A DNA stretch of 46,891 nt from positions 1 to 46,891 of the IMG/VR virus record IMGVR_UViG_3300032244_000243; one strand, given 5' to 3'. This DNA is from a virus (Duplodnaviria; Caudoviricetes). This document shows, one piece after another, positions 7,743-16,715 of this stretch. Below the pieces are notes generated by a model, which searched no databases, had not been told where the DNA came from, and saw only the letters and a program-made list of their open reading frames with translations. The position numbers and the translations under genes are program-made. The first letter of the stretch is position 1; the number at the start of each line of letters is the position of its first letter.

Positions 7743-8050
7743 AATTCTTCCGCACCGCCGACGCCGCCCTGTACGAGTCGATCCGGCTGCAACTGGATGC
7801 CGCATGGGGCCACCCGACCCCGGACGGTGGCACGCTCACCTGCTTCGATCCCGCCGCCGTCGCCCCGCGCGACGCTGCCGGGCGGCTGCTCTTGGCCGTC
7901 AATGACGAGTTCACCACCTGGGAGCCTGCCGCCACGCTCCTGCCGCAACTGCTCGCCAGCGGTGCGGTTGAGGAGATCGACGCGGCGGCGTACCTGCCCG
8001 TGTCCGCGCTGCCCGACCGCCTGGACGATGACGGCAGCGATGACGAGTGA
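7739..8050 (+). CDS. Hypothetical protein
   Basis: ATGA overlap with upstream gene. Confidence 0.65.
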   Translation: MKFFRTADAALYESIRLQLDAAWGHPTPDGGTLTCFDPAAVAPRDAAGRLLLAVNDEFTTWEPAATLLPQLLASGAVEEIDAAAYLPVSALPDRLDDDGSDDE

Positions 8051-8057
8051 GGCAAGG

Positions 8058-8249
8058 ATGCACGGCATCGAGCTCATCAACCACCTGCGGCTGCTCTCGG
8101 GCTACCACATGGGCACCGACCTGATCGACCGGCTCACCGCTGCCGAGCGGTTCCAGAAGCAGCAACGCGAGGCGCTCGCCCAGGCGGCTGACGAGATCGA
8201 GCGGCTGACGGCGGAACTGCAAGCCAAGCAGGCCCAGCCCGTAGGCTAG
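8058..8249 (+). CDS. Small coiled-coil hypothetical protein
   Basis: QAADEIERL motif common in phage small proteins. Confidence 0.55.
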   Translation: MHGIELINHLRLLSGYHMGTDLIDRLTAAERFQKQQREALAQAADEIERLTAELQAKQAQPVG

Positions 8250-8299
8250 AAGCAACGGCCACGAGTCGGGCCTGACCCGCGCCACCACGAGGTAACACC

Positions 8300-8656
8300 A
8301 TGTCCGAAGTTCGCATCAAGCGTCGCGTTCGCACGATCTCCCTGACCCTCGGCACCGCGACCGCAGCGGCCACGGTCTTGCGACTCGATGACATGGCGGG
8401 CGGGATCATCTCGGTCGGCACGATGGCAACCTCGGCATCGACGCTCCAGATGTTCGGGGCTACCGACGAGGCTGGCCCCTATCGTCGCGTCTACGGGGCG
8501 GATGGCTCTGCCGGTGATGTGACCCTTGCACCGAGCACCGCCGACGGGCGGATCTACTCGCTCCCCGATTCCGCCTACGCTCTGCCCTACGTGCGGATCG
8601 TGAGCGGCAACACCCACGCGACCGCTGTGCCTGCGGTGGTCGTGCTCAAGAGCTAG
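8300..8656 (+). CDS. Hypothetical beta-rich protein (possibly structural)
   Basis: GAGG SD; Thr/Ala/Gly-rich beta pattern. Confidence 0.7.
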   Translation: MSEVRIKRRVRTISLTLGTATAAATVLRLDDMAGGIISVGTMATSASTLQMFGATDEAGPYRRVYGADGSAGDVTLAPSTADGRIYSLPDSAYALPYVRIVSGNTHATAVPAVVVLKS

Positions 8657-8658
8657 GC

Positions 8659-8985
8659 GTGCCCACTCGCATACCCACCCACAGGCCGCTGCGTCTCCGC
8701 TCCGCTTCCATCCAGGCGGCAGAGCACACGAGGCCAAACGCGGCAGCCCGTGGGTACTGCGACTCGCGTCACAAGGCGTGGCGGCTCGCGGTGCTGACCC
8801 GCGACGCGTGGACTTGTGCCCATTGCCGCAGGCTGTGTGCTGATCGACGCGAGGCCCACGCTGACCACACCTCGCCGGTCGTGCATGGCACCGAGGTCTG
8901 TCGCGATGGGCGATCGCGGTATGACGTAGCCGGTGGGCAGTGCTTGTGCGTGCGATGCCACAGCCGCAAGACGAACCGCGAATGA
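8659..8985 (+). CDS. HNH endonuclease, HK97 gp74-like terminase cofactor
   Basis: AAARGY...W...VLTRDAWTCAHC, ADH, CLCVRCHSRKT; upstream of packaging genes. Confidence 0.88.
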   Translation: MPTRIPTHRPLRLRSASIQAAEHTRPNAAARGYCDSRHKAWRLAVLTRDAWTCAHCRRLCADRREAHADHTSPVVHGTEVCRDGRSRYDVAGGQCLCVRCHSRKTNRE

Positions 8986-9145
8986 TTGCACACGAAGTGG
9001 GCAGCCGGTGCGCGAGGGGAGGGCGGGGTCAGCCTTGCCGGGCACGTCTGAGGAAAACCAGAAGTTCCTATGGGGAGGGACGGCCGCAGGTTTTGCATGG
9101 GGGGGTATCGTCAGGTTTTCGCGCCGCAAAAACAGGCACGCCCGA

Positions 9146-9676
9146 ATGAACATCCGCAACCGCGTGAAAGCCCTCCGCACGGTCAAGGCGTCGGAGTTGA
9201 CTCCGAACCCTAAGAACTGGCGAACGCACCCCAAGGCTCAACAGGACGCTCTACGCGGCATCCTGGTCGAAGTCGGCTACGCCGACGCGTTGCTCGCCCG
9301 CGAAATGCCAGACGGCTCGCTGATGCTGGTGGACGGGCACCTTCGGGCCGAGACCACGCCCGAGCAAGAAGTGCCGGTTCTCATCCTGGACATCAACGAA
9401 GCGGAAGCCGACAAGCTCCTCCTGTCACTCGATCCGCTTGCGGCGTTGGCCGAGACGAATGTGCAGGCTCTTGACGCCTTGCTCCGCGAAGTAAACACCG
9501 GGAGCGAGGGACTTCAGCAGATGTACGCAGACATGGCTGCGGATGCGAAGCTCTACGCCGACTCATTGCCAGAAGACAGTGATGCGGCGAACGCTGGAGA
9601 TTCACGGCACTACGTCTGCCCCAGGTGCGGGCACTCATGGCTCAAGAGTGGAGAGGCTGATGAAGATACGGAATAG
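9146..9676 (+). CDS. ParB/Srx-like N-terminal domain protein, copy 1, with C-terminal CxxC
   Basis: LTPNPKNWRTHP, VGYADALL, LVDGHLR; CPRCGH. Confidence 0.82.
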   Translation: MNIRNRVKALRTVKASELTPNPKNWRTHPKAQQDALRGILVEVGYADALLAREMPDGSLMLVDGHLRAETTPEQEVPVLILDINEAEADKLLLSLDPLAALAETNVQALDALLREVNTGSEGLQQMYADMAADAKLYADSLPEDSDAANAGDSRHYVCPRCGHSWLKSGEADEDTE

Positions 9677-10181
9677 GGTTGTGGGGCTGCGACAAGTTCG
9701 AGCGTCAGACTTGAGGCTCAATGACAAAAACTGGCGGCAACACCCGCCAAAGCAGCAAGCTGCCATGCGGGAAATGCTTGCAGATATTGGGTATGCAGAT
9801 GCCTTGATTGCGAGAGAGGCAGAGGATGGCGAGCTAGTACTGATTGACGGTCACTTGCGAGCAGGACTCACGCCAGATGATTTTGTGCCTGTTCTTGTTC
9901 TTGACGTAAATGAGCAGGAAGCAAACAAGCTGCTGCTGTCTCTTGATCCGCTGTCGGCGATGGCTGACGTTGATACTGGCGCACTAGACGCCTTGATACG
10001 CTCTGTTGAGCCTAGCGGCGAAGCCATCTCTGAAATGTATTCAGACATGGCGGATGCGGCAGGACTCTACAAGAAAAGCAAAGAAGATGCCTCGTCCACG
10101 AAAGAGGTGGATGTTGATTCCTTTGCCATGCAATGCACATGCCCAGAGTGCGGGTTTGAGTTTGATGACAAGCAAGCCTGA
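9660..10181 (+). CDS. ParB/Srx-like N-terminal domain protein, copy 2, with C-terminal CxxC
   Basis: LNDKNWRQHP, IGYADALI, LIDGHLR; CPECGFEF. Confidence 0.82.
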   Translation: MKIRNRVVGLRQVRASDLRLNDKNWRQHPPKQQAAMREMLADIGYADALIAREAEDGELVLIDGHLRAGLTPDDFVPVLVLDVNEQEANKLLLSLDPLSAMADVDTGALDALIRSVEPSGEAISEMYSDMADAAGLYKKSKEDASSTKEVDVDSFAMQCTCPECGFEFDDKQA

Positions 10182-11331
10182 CTGTGCCTGGAATCTTGCT
10201 GACTTGGCTGCGGTTCCGAGGAACGGCGTCAGGGTAATGTCTACGTTTGCTTGCGGTGGCGGCTCATCTATGGGCTACAAGCTGGCTGGCTGCGATGTGG
10301 TGGCGGCGAATGACATTGACCCGGAGATGGCGTGGCACTACCGAAAGAATGTTGATCCGCCGCATTACTTCCTGTGCCCAATCCGAAGCCTGCTTGATAC
10401 AAGCCTGCCTCCAGAAGTCAGCGACCTAGACATTCTTGATGGCTCGCCGCCTTGCTCAACATTTAGTATGGCAGGCAGTCGGGAGAAGGCGTGGGGCAAG
10501 AAAAAGCACTTCCGCGAAGGGCAGGCAGAGCAAGTGCTGTCGGACTTGTTCTTTGACTACCTAGACGTTGTTGAACTGCTGCGCCCGAAGGTGGCGATTG
10601 CCGAGAATGTGAAAGGCATGATTGTCGGCAATGCCAAGGGCTACACGAAGATGGTGATGCAGCGATTCAAGCAGATAGGGTACGTTCCGCAACTCTTTCT
10701 GCTGAACGCTGCGGACTGTGGTGTTCCCCAGCGACGCGAGCGGGTTTTCTTCTGTGCAATCCGAAGCGATCTGGCGAGGCGGTCGCTCAAGTTGTGTCCC
10801 AAGATGCCTTGGGTAACGGCGGCCAAGGCGACTGCTGATTTGCAGGAACTGACTGCGGAAGAAATCGTCGCAACTGCCCCAAGTGCAATCGTCAGGAGGT
10901 GGTGGAAGAAAACGCGCCCAGGGGAAAGGTTCGAGCAGGCTGCCTTGAGGTACGGACACAAGCCAAAACTTTTCAACTACCCAAAACTTCATCCCGACTT
11001 TCCCTCTGTGACTCTAGTGTCACAGGGGCTCGACCAGATAAGCCACTGGTCGTGCTGTAGGTCTCTGACGTTCAGGGAGTGGAAGCGGCTTGGCTCTTTC
11101 CCGGATGACTACGTAGCGAAGGACGAGAAGATTGGAAAATACATGGTAGGCATGAGCGTGCCGCCGCGCATGACGCAGGCCGTTGCGTATGCGGTGATTG
11201 AGCAATGGCTAGATGGAGGTTCATATGGGCAAGCGAGGCCCACGCAAAGAGCCGACGATCATCAAGATCGCCAAGGGCAACCCCGGCAAAAGGCCGCTGA
11301 ACAAAAGCGAACCAAAGCCGCCAAGCGATGA
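10165..11331 (+). CDS. DNA cytosine-5 methyltransferase
   Basis: FACGGG (I), DGSPPCSTFS (IV), AENVKG (VI), PQRRERVFF (VIII), GMSVPP (X); C-terminus overlaps terS. Confidence 0.92.
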   Translation: MTSKPDCAWNLADLAAVPRNGVRVMSTFACGGGSSMGYKLAGCDVVAANDIDPEMAWHYRKNVDPPHYFLCPIRSLLDTSLPPEVSDLDILDGSPPCSTFSMAGSREKAWGKKKHFREGQAEQVLSDLFFDYLDVVELLRPKVAIAENVKGMIVGNAKGYTKMVMQRFKQIGYVPQLFLLNAADCGVPQRRERVFFCAIRSDLARRSLKLCPKMPWVTAAKATADLQELTAEEIVATAPSAIVRRWWKKTRPGERFEQAALRYGHKPKLFNYPKLHPDFPSVTLVSQGLDQISHWSCCRSLTFREWKRLGSFPDDYVAKDEKIGKYMVGMSVPPRMTQAVAYAVIEQWLDGGSYGQARPTQRADDHQDRQGQPRQKAAEQKRTKAAKR

Positions 11332-11728
11332 CATCACGCCGCCCGAGTGGGTGACGGGCGTGGCCCGCGAGAAGTGGGATAACGTCGTGCCGAAACTCAT
11401 CGGCATGGGCGTGATGACGAACGCCGATGTAGACACGATCGCCCGCTACTGCACGATGCACGAGCAGTTCGTGAAGTACCTCGACCAGTGCCGTCGCGGT
11501 CTTGATGTGCTCGTGATACGTGACGAGGCCGGTAAAGTGAAGTACATGCAGTCAACGCCTGCCGCGACGATGCTGTCGAAGTTGGCCGCGTCGATGCTGC
11601 GGATCGAGCAAGAGTTCGGGCTGACTCCATCGGCCAGGAGCGGTTTGAGTGGCACGCAAGGCCAACAACAAGAGAGCGTCATCGAGAAGTTCAGACGCCT
11701 CAAGGCTGCCTCTGAGACGGCAGGCTGA
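11225..11728 (+). CDS. terS: Terminase small subunit, P27 family
   Basis: GNPGKRPLN, PPEW, EFGLTPSARS motifs; GGAGG SD. Confidence 0.92.
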   Translation: MGKRGPRKEPTIIKIAKGNPGKRPLNKSEPKPPSDDITPPEWVTGVAREKWDNVVPKLIGMGVMTNADVDTIARYCTMHEQFVKYLDQCRRGLDVLVIRDEAGKVKYMQSTPAATMLSKLAASMLRIEQEFGLTPSARSGLSGTQGQQQESVIEKFRRLKAASETAG

Positions 11729-13295
11729 AGCGGTCGCGGGCTACCGCTGGGATGAAACGAAAGCCCAGTTGGTGATCGACTTCCTAGAGTCGGTCTGCGT
11801 CCACACAAAGGACTCCCCGACCGCCAAGGCTGGCGAGCCGATGCGGCTCCTTGAGTGGCACAAGCAGGATGTGATCGAGCCGCTCTATGGGTGGCGAACC
11901 GAGGAAGGGCTGCGGCGGTATCGGCTCGCCTACATCGAAGTGCCGAAAAAAAATGCCAAGTCAACGCTCCTCTCGTGCCTCTCGATCTGGCACTTGCTGA
12001 TGGAGGGCGAGGGCGAGCTCGGGTGCATCGCGGCGAAGGATCGCAACCAAGCGGCGATCATATTTGACGAGACCGCCGCGATGGTGAAGCGGTCGCCCGA
12101 ACTGGCAGCGTCGCTTGAGGTGGTCGATTCGCGGAAGACGATCGTCTGCCAGCAAACCGGATCGAGCCTGCGGGTGATCTCGCGAGATGCCGGGGCGGCG
12201 GAAGGCCCGTCCTACTCGTTCGTCTTCTGCGACGAACTGCACGCGTGGCCCGACCGGCGGCTCTTCGAGGCACTCCGCTATTCGGGCCGCTCCAGGCGCG
12301 AGCCGCTCCTCGCGACGATCTCAACGGCGGGCGATCGGCGTGACACGATTTGCTGGGAGCAGCACGAATATGCCGAGTTGACCGCTGCCGATCCGAACTA
12401 CGATCCCCGATTCTATGGGAAGATTTTCGGAGCGAGAACCGACGGGAGCGATGACTACTTCGACCCGGCGGTGTGGCGGCGGGTGAATCCCGGCATGGGC
12501 GTCACCATGACCGAGGAATCATTCGCGGCGGATGCCCGCGAGGCGAAGAACAAAGCGACCAAGCTCAACGGATGGCTCCGCTACTCGCTCGGGGTGTGGA
12601 CTGAGAGCACGAACCGCTGGCTCGATCCCGAGAAGTGGGCCGCGTGCTCGGGTGGCCCGACCTCACCCTTCGCGGGGCGGAAGTGCATCCTCGGGATGGA
12701 CTTGTCGAAGTCAACCGACCTCTCCGCGATGATCGCTCTCTTCCCGTGCGAGGGTGACGAGTTCGAGGTCGATGCGATGTTCTGGGCTCCCCGCGATCTC
12801 ATCATGGAGCGGGAGCGAACCGACCGCCAGCCGTTCCAGCACTGGGTGAGCTCCGGGTACATCACGGCAACCGACGGGAACGTGATCGACCACTCGAAGA
12901 TCCGCGAGTACGTGCTTGAGTACGCGAAGACGCACCAGATCGAGCACATCTACATGGATCTCACCGGGGCGGTGCAACTTGCCGTGGAACTGCAAGGGGC
13001 GGGGCTGAAGGTGGCAGGATGGAGCCAAGGCTTCCGAGGCATGAGCTCGGGTACTAAGAGGCTCGAATCTCTGGTGCTTCAGAACCGCATCCGCCACGGT
13101 GGCAACCCAGTGCTCTCGTGGATGTCGGCGAATGTGACGGTGGAGACGAACTCGTTTGAGGACGTTCGGCCGGTGAAGAAGAAGAGCACGGGCCGCATTG
13201 ACGGGATCGTGGCTCTGATCTTCGCCCTGGGCGGCTGGGAGTCATCGCAGATCACCAACAAGCCCGCAGCCGAACCCTCCATCCTGCTCATATGA
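11649..13295 (+). CDS. terL: Terminase large subunit (start approximate)
   Basis: YIEVPKKNAKS Walker A variant, FCDELH Walker B, ISTAG, GMDLS..TDL, RIDGIVAL. Confidence 0.95.
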   Translation: MARKANNKRASSRSSDASRLPLRRQAEAVAGYRWDETKAQLVIDFLESVCVHTKDSPTAKAGEPMRLLEWHKQDVIEPLYGWRTEEGLRRYRLAYIEVPKKNAKSTLLSCLSIWHLLMEGEGELGCIAAKDRNQAAIIFDETAAMVKRSPELAASLEVVDSRKTIVCQQTGSSLRVISRDAGAAEGPSYSFVFCDELHAWPDRRLFEALRYSGRSRREPLLATISTAGDRRDTICWEQHEYAELTAADPNYDPRFYGKIFGARTDGSDDYFDPAVWRRVNPGMGVTMTEESFAADAREAKNKATKLNGWLRYSLGVWTESTNRWLDPEKWAACSGGPTSPFAGRKCILGMDLSKSTDLSAMIALFPCEGDEFEVDAMFWAPRDLIMERERTDRQPFQHWVSSGYITATDGNVIDHSKIREYVLEYAKTHQIEHIYMDLTGAVQLAVELQGAGLKVAGWSQGFRGMSSGTKRLESLVLQNRIRHGGNPVLSWMSANVTVETNSFEDVRPVKKKSTGRIDGIVALIFALGGWESSQITNKPAAEPSILLI

Positions 13296-15451
13296 TCGCC
13301 CCAACCGCTCGCATCTTGTGGCTCCCCGGCGAAGACTCCCGCAACTGGGATTATGAGTCGGGCGGCTGGGCTGGTGGCAACCGCAACCCGTCGGGCGTGA
13401 AGGTGGACGCCGAGACGGCACTCCGCTCGACGGTCGTGCTCGCGTGCATCCGCGTGCTCTCGACCAGCGTCGCGGGGCTCCCGCTGCATCTCTACCGGCG
13501 GCTGTCGGGTGGCGGGAAAGAAATCGCCCGCGAGCATCCGCTCTATCGGCTCCTGCACTCGCAGCCGAACTCGTGGCAGACCTCGTTCGAGTGGCGTGAG
13601 CAGATGATGCTGCACTTGCTCTCGCATGGGTTCGCTCTCGATGAGAAGGTCTACAGCGGCGGGACGATCAGCGAGATTGTGCCGCTGCACCCGAGCCGCG
13701 TGAAGACCGAGCAACTCGAAAACAACCGGCTCCGGTACACGTATCGCGAAGCGTCGGGATCATCGACGGTCTACACGCAAGACGCAATCCTCGCGGTGCG
13801 GGGGATGAGCGATGACGGCGTAAACGGCATGAGCATGATCGAGCTTGCCCGCGATGCGATTGGGCTGGCTCGGGCTCTGGAGATCCACGGGGCGACGTTC
13901 TTTGGCAACGGGGCTCGTCCGGGGGTGATCCTTTCCACCGATCAGATGCTCTCGCCCGAGGCTGCCGAGAACACGCGGAACCAGTGGGAGCGGGCTCATC
14001 GCGGTGCCGACCGGGCACACAAGACGGCGGTGCTGCAGGGCGGGCTCAAGGTGAGCGAGCTCGGCGGCAACAACCAGGAGGCTCAGTACCTGGAGGCTCG
14101 GAGGTTCGCCGTCGAGGAGTGTACTCGAATCTTTGGCGTGCCCGGTCATCTTGTGGGCGATTTGACCAGAAGCTCGTTTTCAAACATCGAGCAGCAAAGC
14201 CAAGATTTCCTCACCAACGGGTTGATGCCTTGGCTTCGCCGCATTGAGTCTTCGATCGCTCGCGACTTGCTCGAAGGCGACGAGGAGTATTTCGCGGAGT
14301 TCGACACGCGTGGCTTCCTGCGTGCCGACGCCACGACCCGCTCGGCGTACTACAACACGCTCTGGAATCTGGGCGTGGCGAGCGTGAATGAGATCCGCTC
14401 GTGGGAGAACATGAACCCCGTCGAAGGCGGCGACACGCGGTTCGTCCAGCTCAACATGACCACGCTGGAGAAGGCAGCGGCTGTCCCCGAGCCAATGCCC
14501 GCGACCGTGGTCGAAGAGATCGTGGTAGACGAGACCGCTCCGGCTGCCGAGCCGGTCGCAGATGCGACCCCGGCCCAGGCGGATGAACCGCAACTCGCCG
14601 ACGTTTCGCTCAATGGTGCCCAGATCACTGGCATCCTGGAGATCCTGACGCAAGTAAGTGGCGGGCTCCTGACCACCGACGCGGCTGGGGCGTTGATTCT
14701 CGCATCGTTCCCCAGCATCCCGCCCGCTTCGGTTGATCGCATTCTCGCGGGCACGAGCACGCAGGCTGCCGCTCCTGCGCCGGTCGCAGAGCCACCCGCT
14801 CCCGAGCCCGCCGCCGCCTCGCTCCCCGCGAGCCGGGCGATGACGATCTCCGTCGATTTCGATCGCACGTTCTCTGCCGATCCCCGGCTCTGGGGCGAGT
14901 TCGCCCGCAAGGCGGTCGCGGACGGCAATCGTGTCGTGATGATTTCTCGCAGGCCCGAGGCGGATCGAGAGGAGGTGATCTCATCTCTCGGCGACTACGC
15001 CGAGGCTTTCTCCGACGTGCTGCTCGTGGGTAGTGACACGCTCAAAGACGATGCGGCCCAGGCGGCCGGGATCGCCGTTGACGTGTGGGTGGACGATTCG
15101 CCTCAGTTCATTCGCAGCGAGCAGCGTGCTTCACCGGGTGCGGTCGCGGAGGGTGACTTCGTTTCGTGGGATTCGTCGGGCGGTCGTGCTCGCGGGCGGA
15201 TCGACCATGTGATGGACTACGGCACGCTGGACATCCCCGGCACCGATTTCAAGATCGACGCGACCGAGGAAGACCCGGCCGCCCTCATCACGCTTTACGA
15301 AGAGGTGAGCGGCGGGTGGCGGGCGACCGAGACGCAAGTCGGTCACAAGGTGAGCACGCTCACGAAGATCGACCCGCTCCCCGAGCCGCCGCCGGTTGAG
15401 GAGAACGCCTACGGCAAGCCGAAGCGGAAGGGGCGGAAGCGTGGCAACTAG
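13292..15451 (+). CDS. HK97-family portal protein with C-terminal Pro/Ala linker, HAD-like and Tudor-like domains
   Basis: VLACIRVLS..VAGLPL, HPLYRLL..QPN, FFGNGARPG, SFSNIEQQ, NEIRSWEN; after about aa 400 extra DFDRT...VDD and GDFVSW domains. Confidence 0.93.
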   Translation: MIAPTARILWLPGEDSRNWDYESGGWAGGNRNPSGVKVDAETALRSTVVLACIRVLSTSVAGLPLHLYRRLSGGGKEIAREHPLYRLLHSQPNSWQTSFEWREQMMLHLLSHGFALDEKVYSGGTISEIVPLHPSRVKTEQLENNRLRYTYREASGSSTVYTQDAILAVRGMSDDGVNGMSMIELARDAIGLARALEIHGATFFGNGARPGVILSTDQMLSPEAAENTRNQWERAHRGADRAHKTAVLQGGLKVSELGGNNQEAQYLEARRFAVEECTRIFGVPGHLVGDLTRSSFSNIEQQSQDFLTNGLMPWLRRIESSIARDLLEGDEEYFAEFDTRGFLRADATTRSAYYNTLWNLGVASVNEIRSWENMNPVEGGDTRFVQLNMTTLEKAAAVPEPMPATVVEEIVVDETAPAAEPVADATPAQADEPQLADVSLNGAQITGILEILTQVSGGLLTTDAAGALILASFPSIPPASVDRILAGTSTQAAAPAPVAEPPAPEPAAASLPASRAMTISVDFDRTFSADPRLWGEFARKAVADGNRVVMISRRPEADREEVISSLGDYAEAFSDVLLVGSDTLKDDAAQAAGIAVDVWVDDSPQFIRSEQRASPGAVAEGDFVSWDSSGGRARGRIDHVMDYGTLDIPGTDFKIDATEEDPAALITLYEEVSGGWRATETQVGHKVSTLTKIDPLPEPPPVEENAYGKPKRKGRKRGN

Positions 15452-16457
15452 GTATGACCACATCGACTTCACGCCCCCGGCGGGCGTCAAGTCGGAAGCA
15501 CAGAAAGGGCTCGATTGGCGAAGAGAGTTCGGCCGAGGCGGCACGGCAGTCGGCGTGGCTCGCGCAAGAGACCTGAGCAACGGCACGACGATCAGCCCCG
15601 AGACGGCACGCAGGATGAAGGCGTACTTCGATCGGCACGAGATCGACAAGCAAGGCGAAGGGTGGAGCCCGAGCCAGGACGGCTTCCCGTCGAACGGTCG
15701 GATAGCGTGGGCTCTGTGGGGTGGAGACTCGGGGTATTCATGGAGCAAAAAGTTGGTGAGGCAGATGAACGCAGCAGACGAAGGCGCAAGGAGTAACGCG
15801 ATGAACATCGAGCGACGATCCCTGGCGATTGACGAGATCGAGTCGGCGGTGCCGCTGCTCGCGGTCGAGAGCCGCAGCGAGGACGGTGCCGAGCGGGAGT
15901 GGATCGTGGGCTACGCCGCGAAGTTCGGCGTCAACTCGCTCGAACTTGATGGCTCATTCATCGAGCGGATCGACCCCGCTGCCTTTGGCATTGTCGCCGA
16001 GCGGCGCGGCCGCAAAAAGCCGCTGGAGACGCGAGCTCTCTGGAATCACGACGCGAACTACCCGCTCGCCCGCTATCCCGGCACGCTCAAGATGACGGTC
16101 GATGAGGTCGGGCTGCGGTATGAGTTCCCTGTGCCCGACACGACCTACGGGCGAGACATCGCCAGCAACATTCGGGCGGGCATCGTCAAGGGCTCGTCAT
16201 TCAGTTTCACCGTGCCCAGCGGCGGCGACTCGTGGGCGGTCGAGGATGGTCGCAGTGTGCGGACGATCCAGAAGATCGACACGCTGCTCGATGTCGGGCC
16301 GGTCACGTTCCCTGCGTATCCTGACGCCGATGTGACGGTGGCCCAACGGTCATTCGATCACTTCCGCCAAGAGCGGCGGCAGCACGAGGAAGCCCGCAAG
16401 TATCTCGCGGATCGGGCCGCGTTCTTTCGCGACGTTCTGAGGCAGCATGGCCGCTAG
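15441..16457 (+). CDS. HK97-type prohead protease with extra N-terminal domain (internal start at 15801)
   Basis: GYAAKF, FIERIDP, ALWNHD, GSSFSF, DVGPVTFPAYPD; AAGGAG SD before ATG 15801. Confidence 0.9.
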   Translation: MATRYDHIDFTPPAGVKSEAQKGLDWRREFGRGGTAVGVARARDLSNGTTISPETARRMKAYFDRHEIDKQGEGWSPSQDGFPSNGRIAWALWGGDSGYSWSKKLVRQMNAADEGARSNAMNIERRSLAIDEIESAVPLLAVESRSEDGAEREWIVGYAAKFGVNSLELDGSFIERIDPAAFGIVAERRGRKKPLETRALWNHDANYPLARYPGTLKMTVDEVGLRYEFPVPDTTYGRDIASNIRAGIVKGSSFSFTVPSGGDSWAVEDGRSVRTIQKIDTLLDVGPVTFPAYPDADVTVAQRSFDHFRQERRQHEEARKYLADRAAFFRDVLRQHGR

Positions 16458-16629
16458 TGGTGATTCGTGCTCGCGTTGTCGCGAGGGCAAGTATGCCGTC
16501 GCGTCGAGTGTTCGCAGCGGCGAGTATCAGACTCGGTATCTGCGGTGCCAGCGGTGCGGCTGCACCGACAAGCAGATCGTGCCGGGCAGTGAAGTGCGGC
16601 GGAAGTCTTTTACTGCCGACGCACGCTAA
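16447..16629 (+). CDS. Small zinc-finger protein (Ogr/Delta-like pattern)
   Basis: CSRC...SS...RYLRCQRCG. Confidence 0.6.
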   Translation: MAASGDSCSRCREGKYAVASSVRSGEYQTRYLRCQRCGCTDKQIVPGSEVRRKSFTADAR

Positions 16630-16715
16630 CTGCATGGTTTCGGGGCGTGGCTCCTAGTTTCGGGATAGGCGAACGCGATCGCGTTGCCGTGAACCCGAAT
16701 ACAGGAGCGATCCTC

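Noticed and set aside
9146-10181. Plasmid-type ParABS partition system
   Set aside because: No ParA, no ParB HTH domain and no parS repeats; these are stand-alone ParB/Srx N-terminal domains
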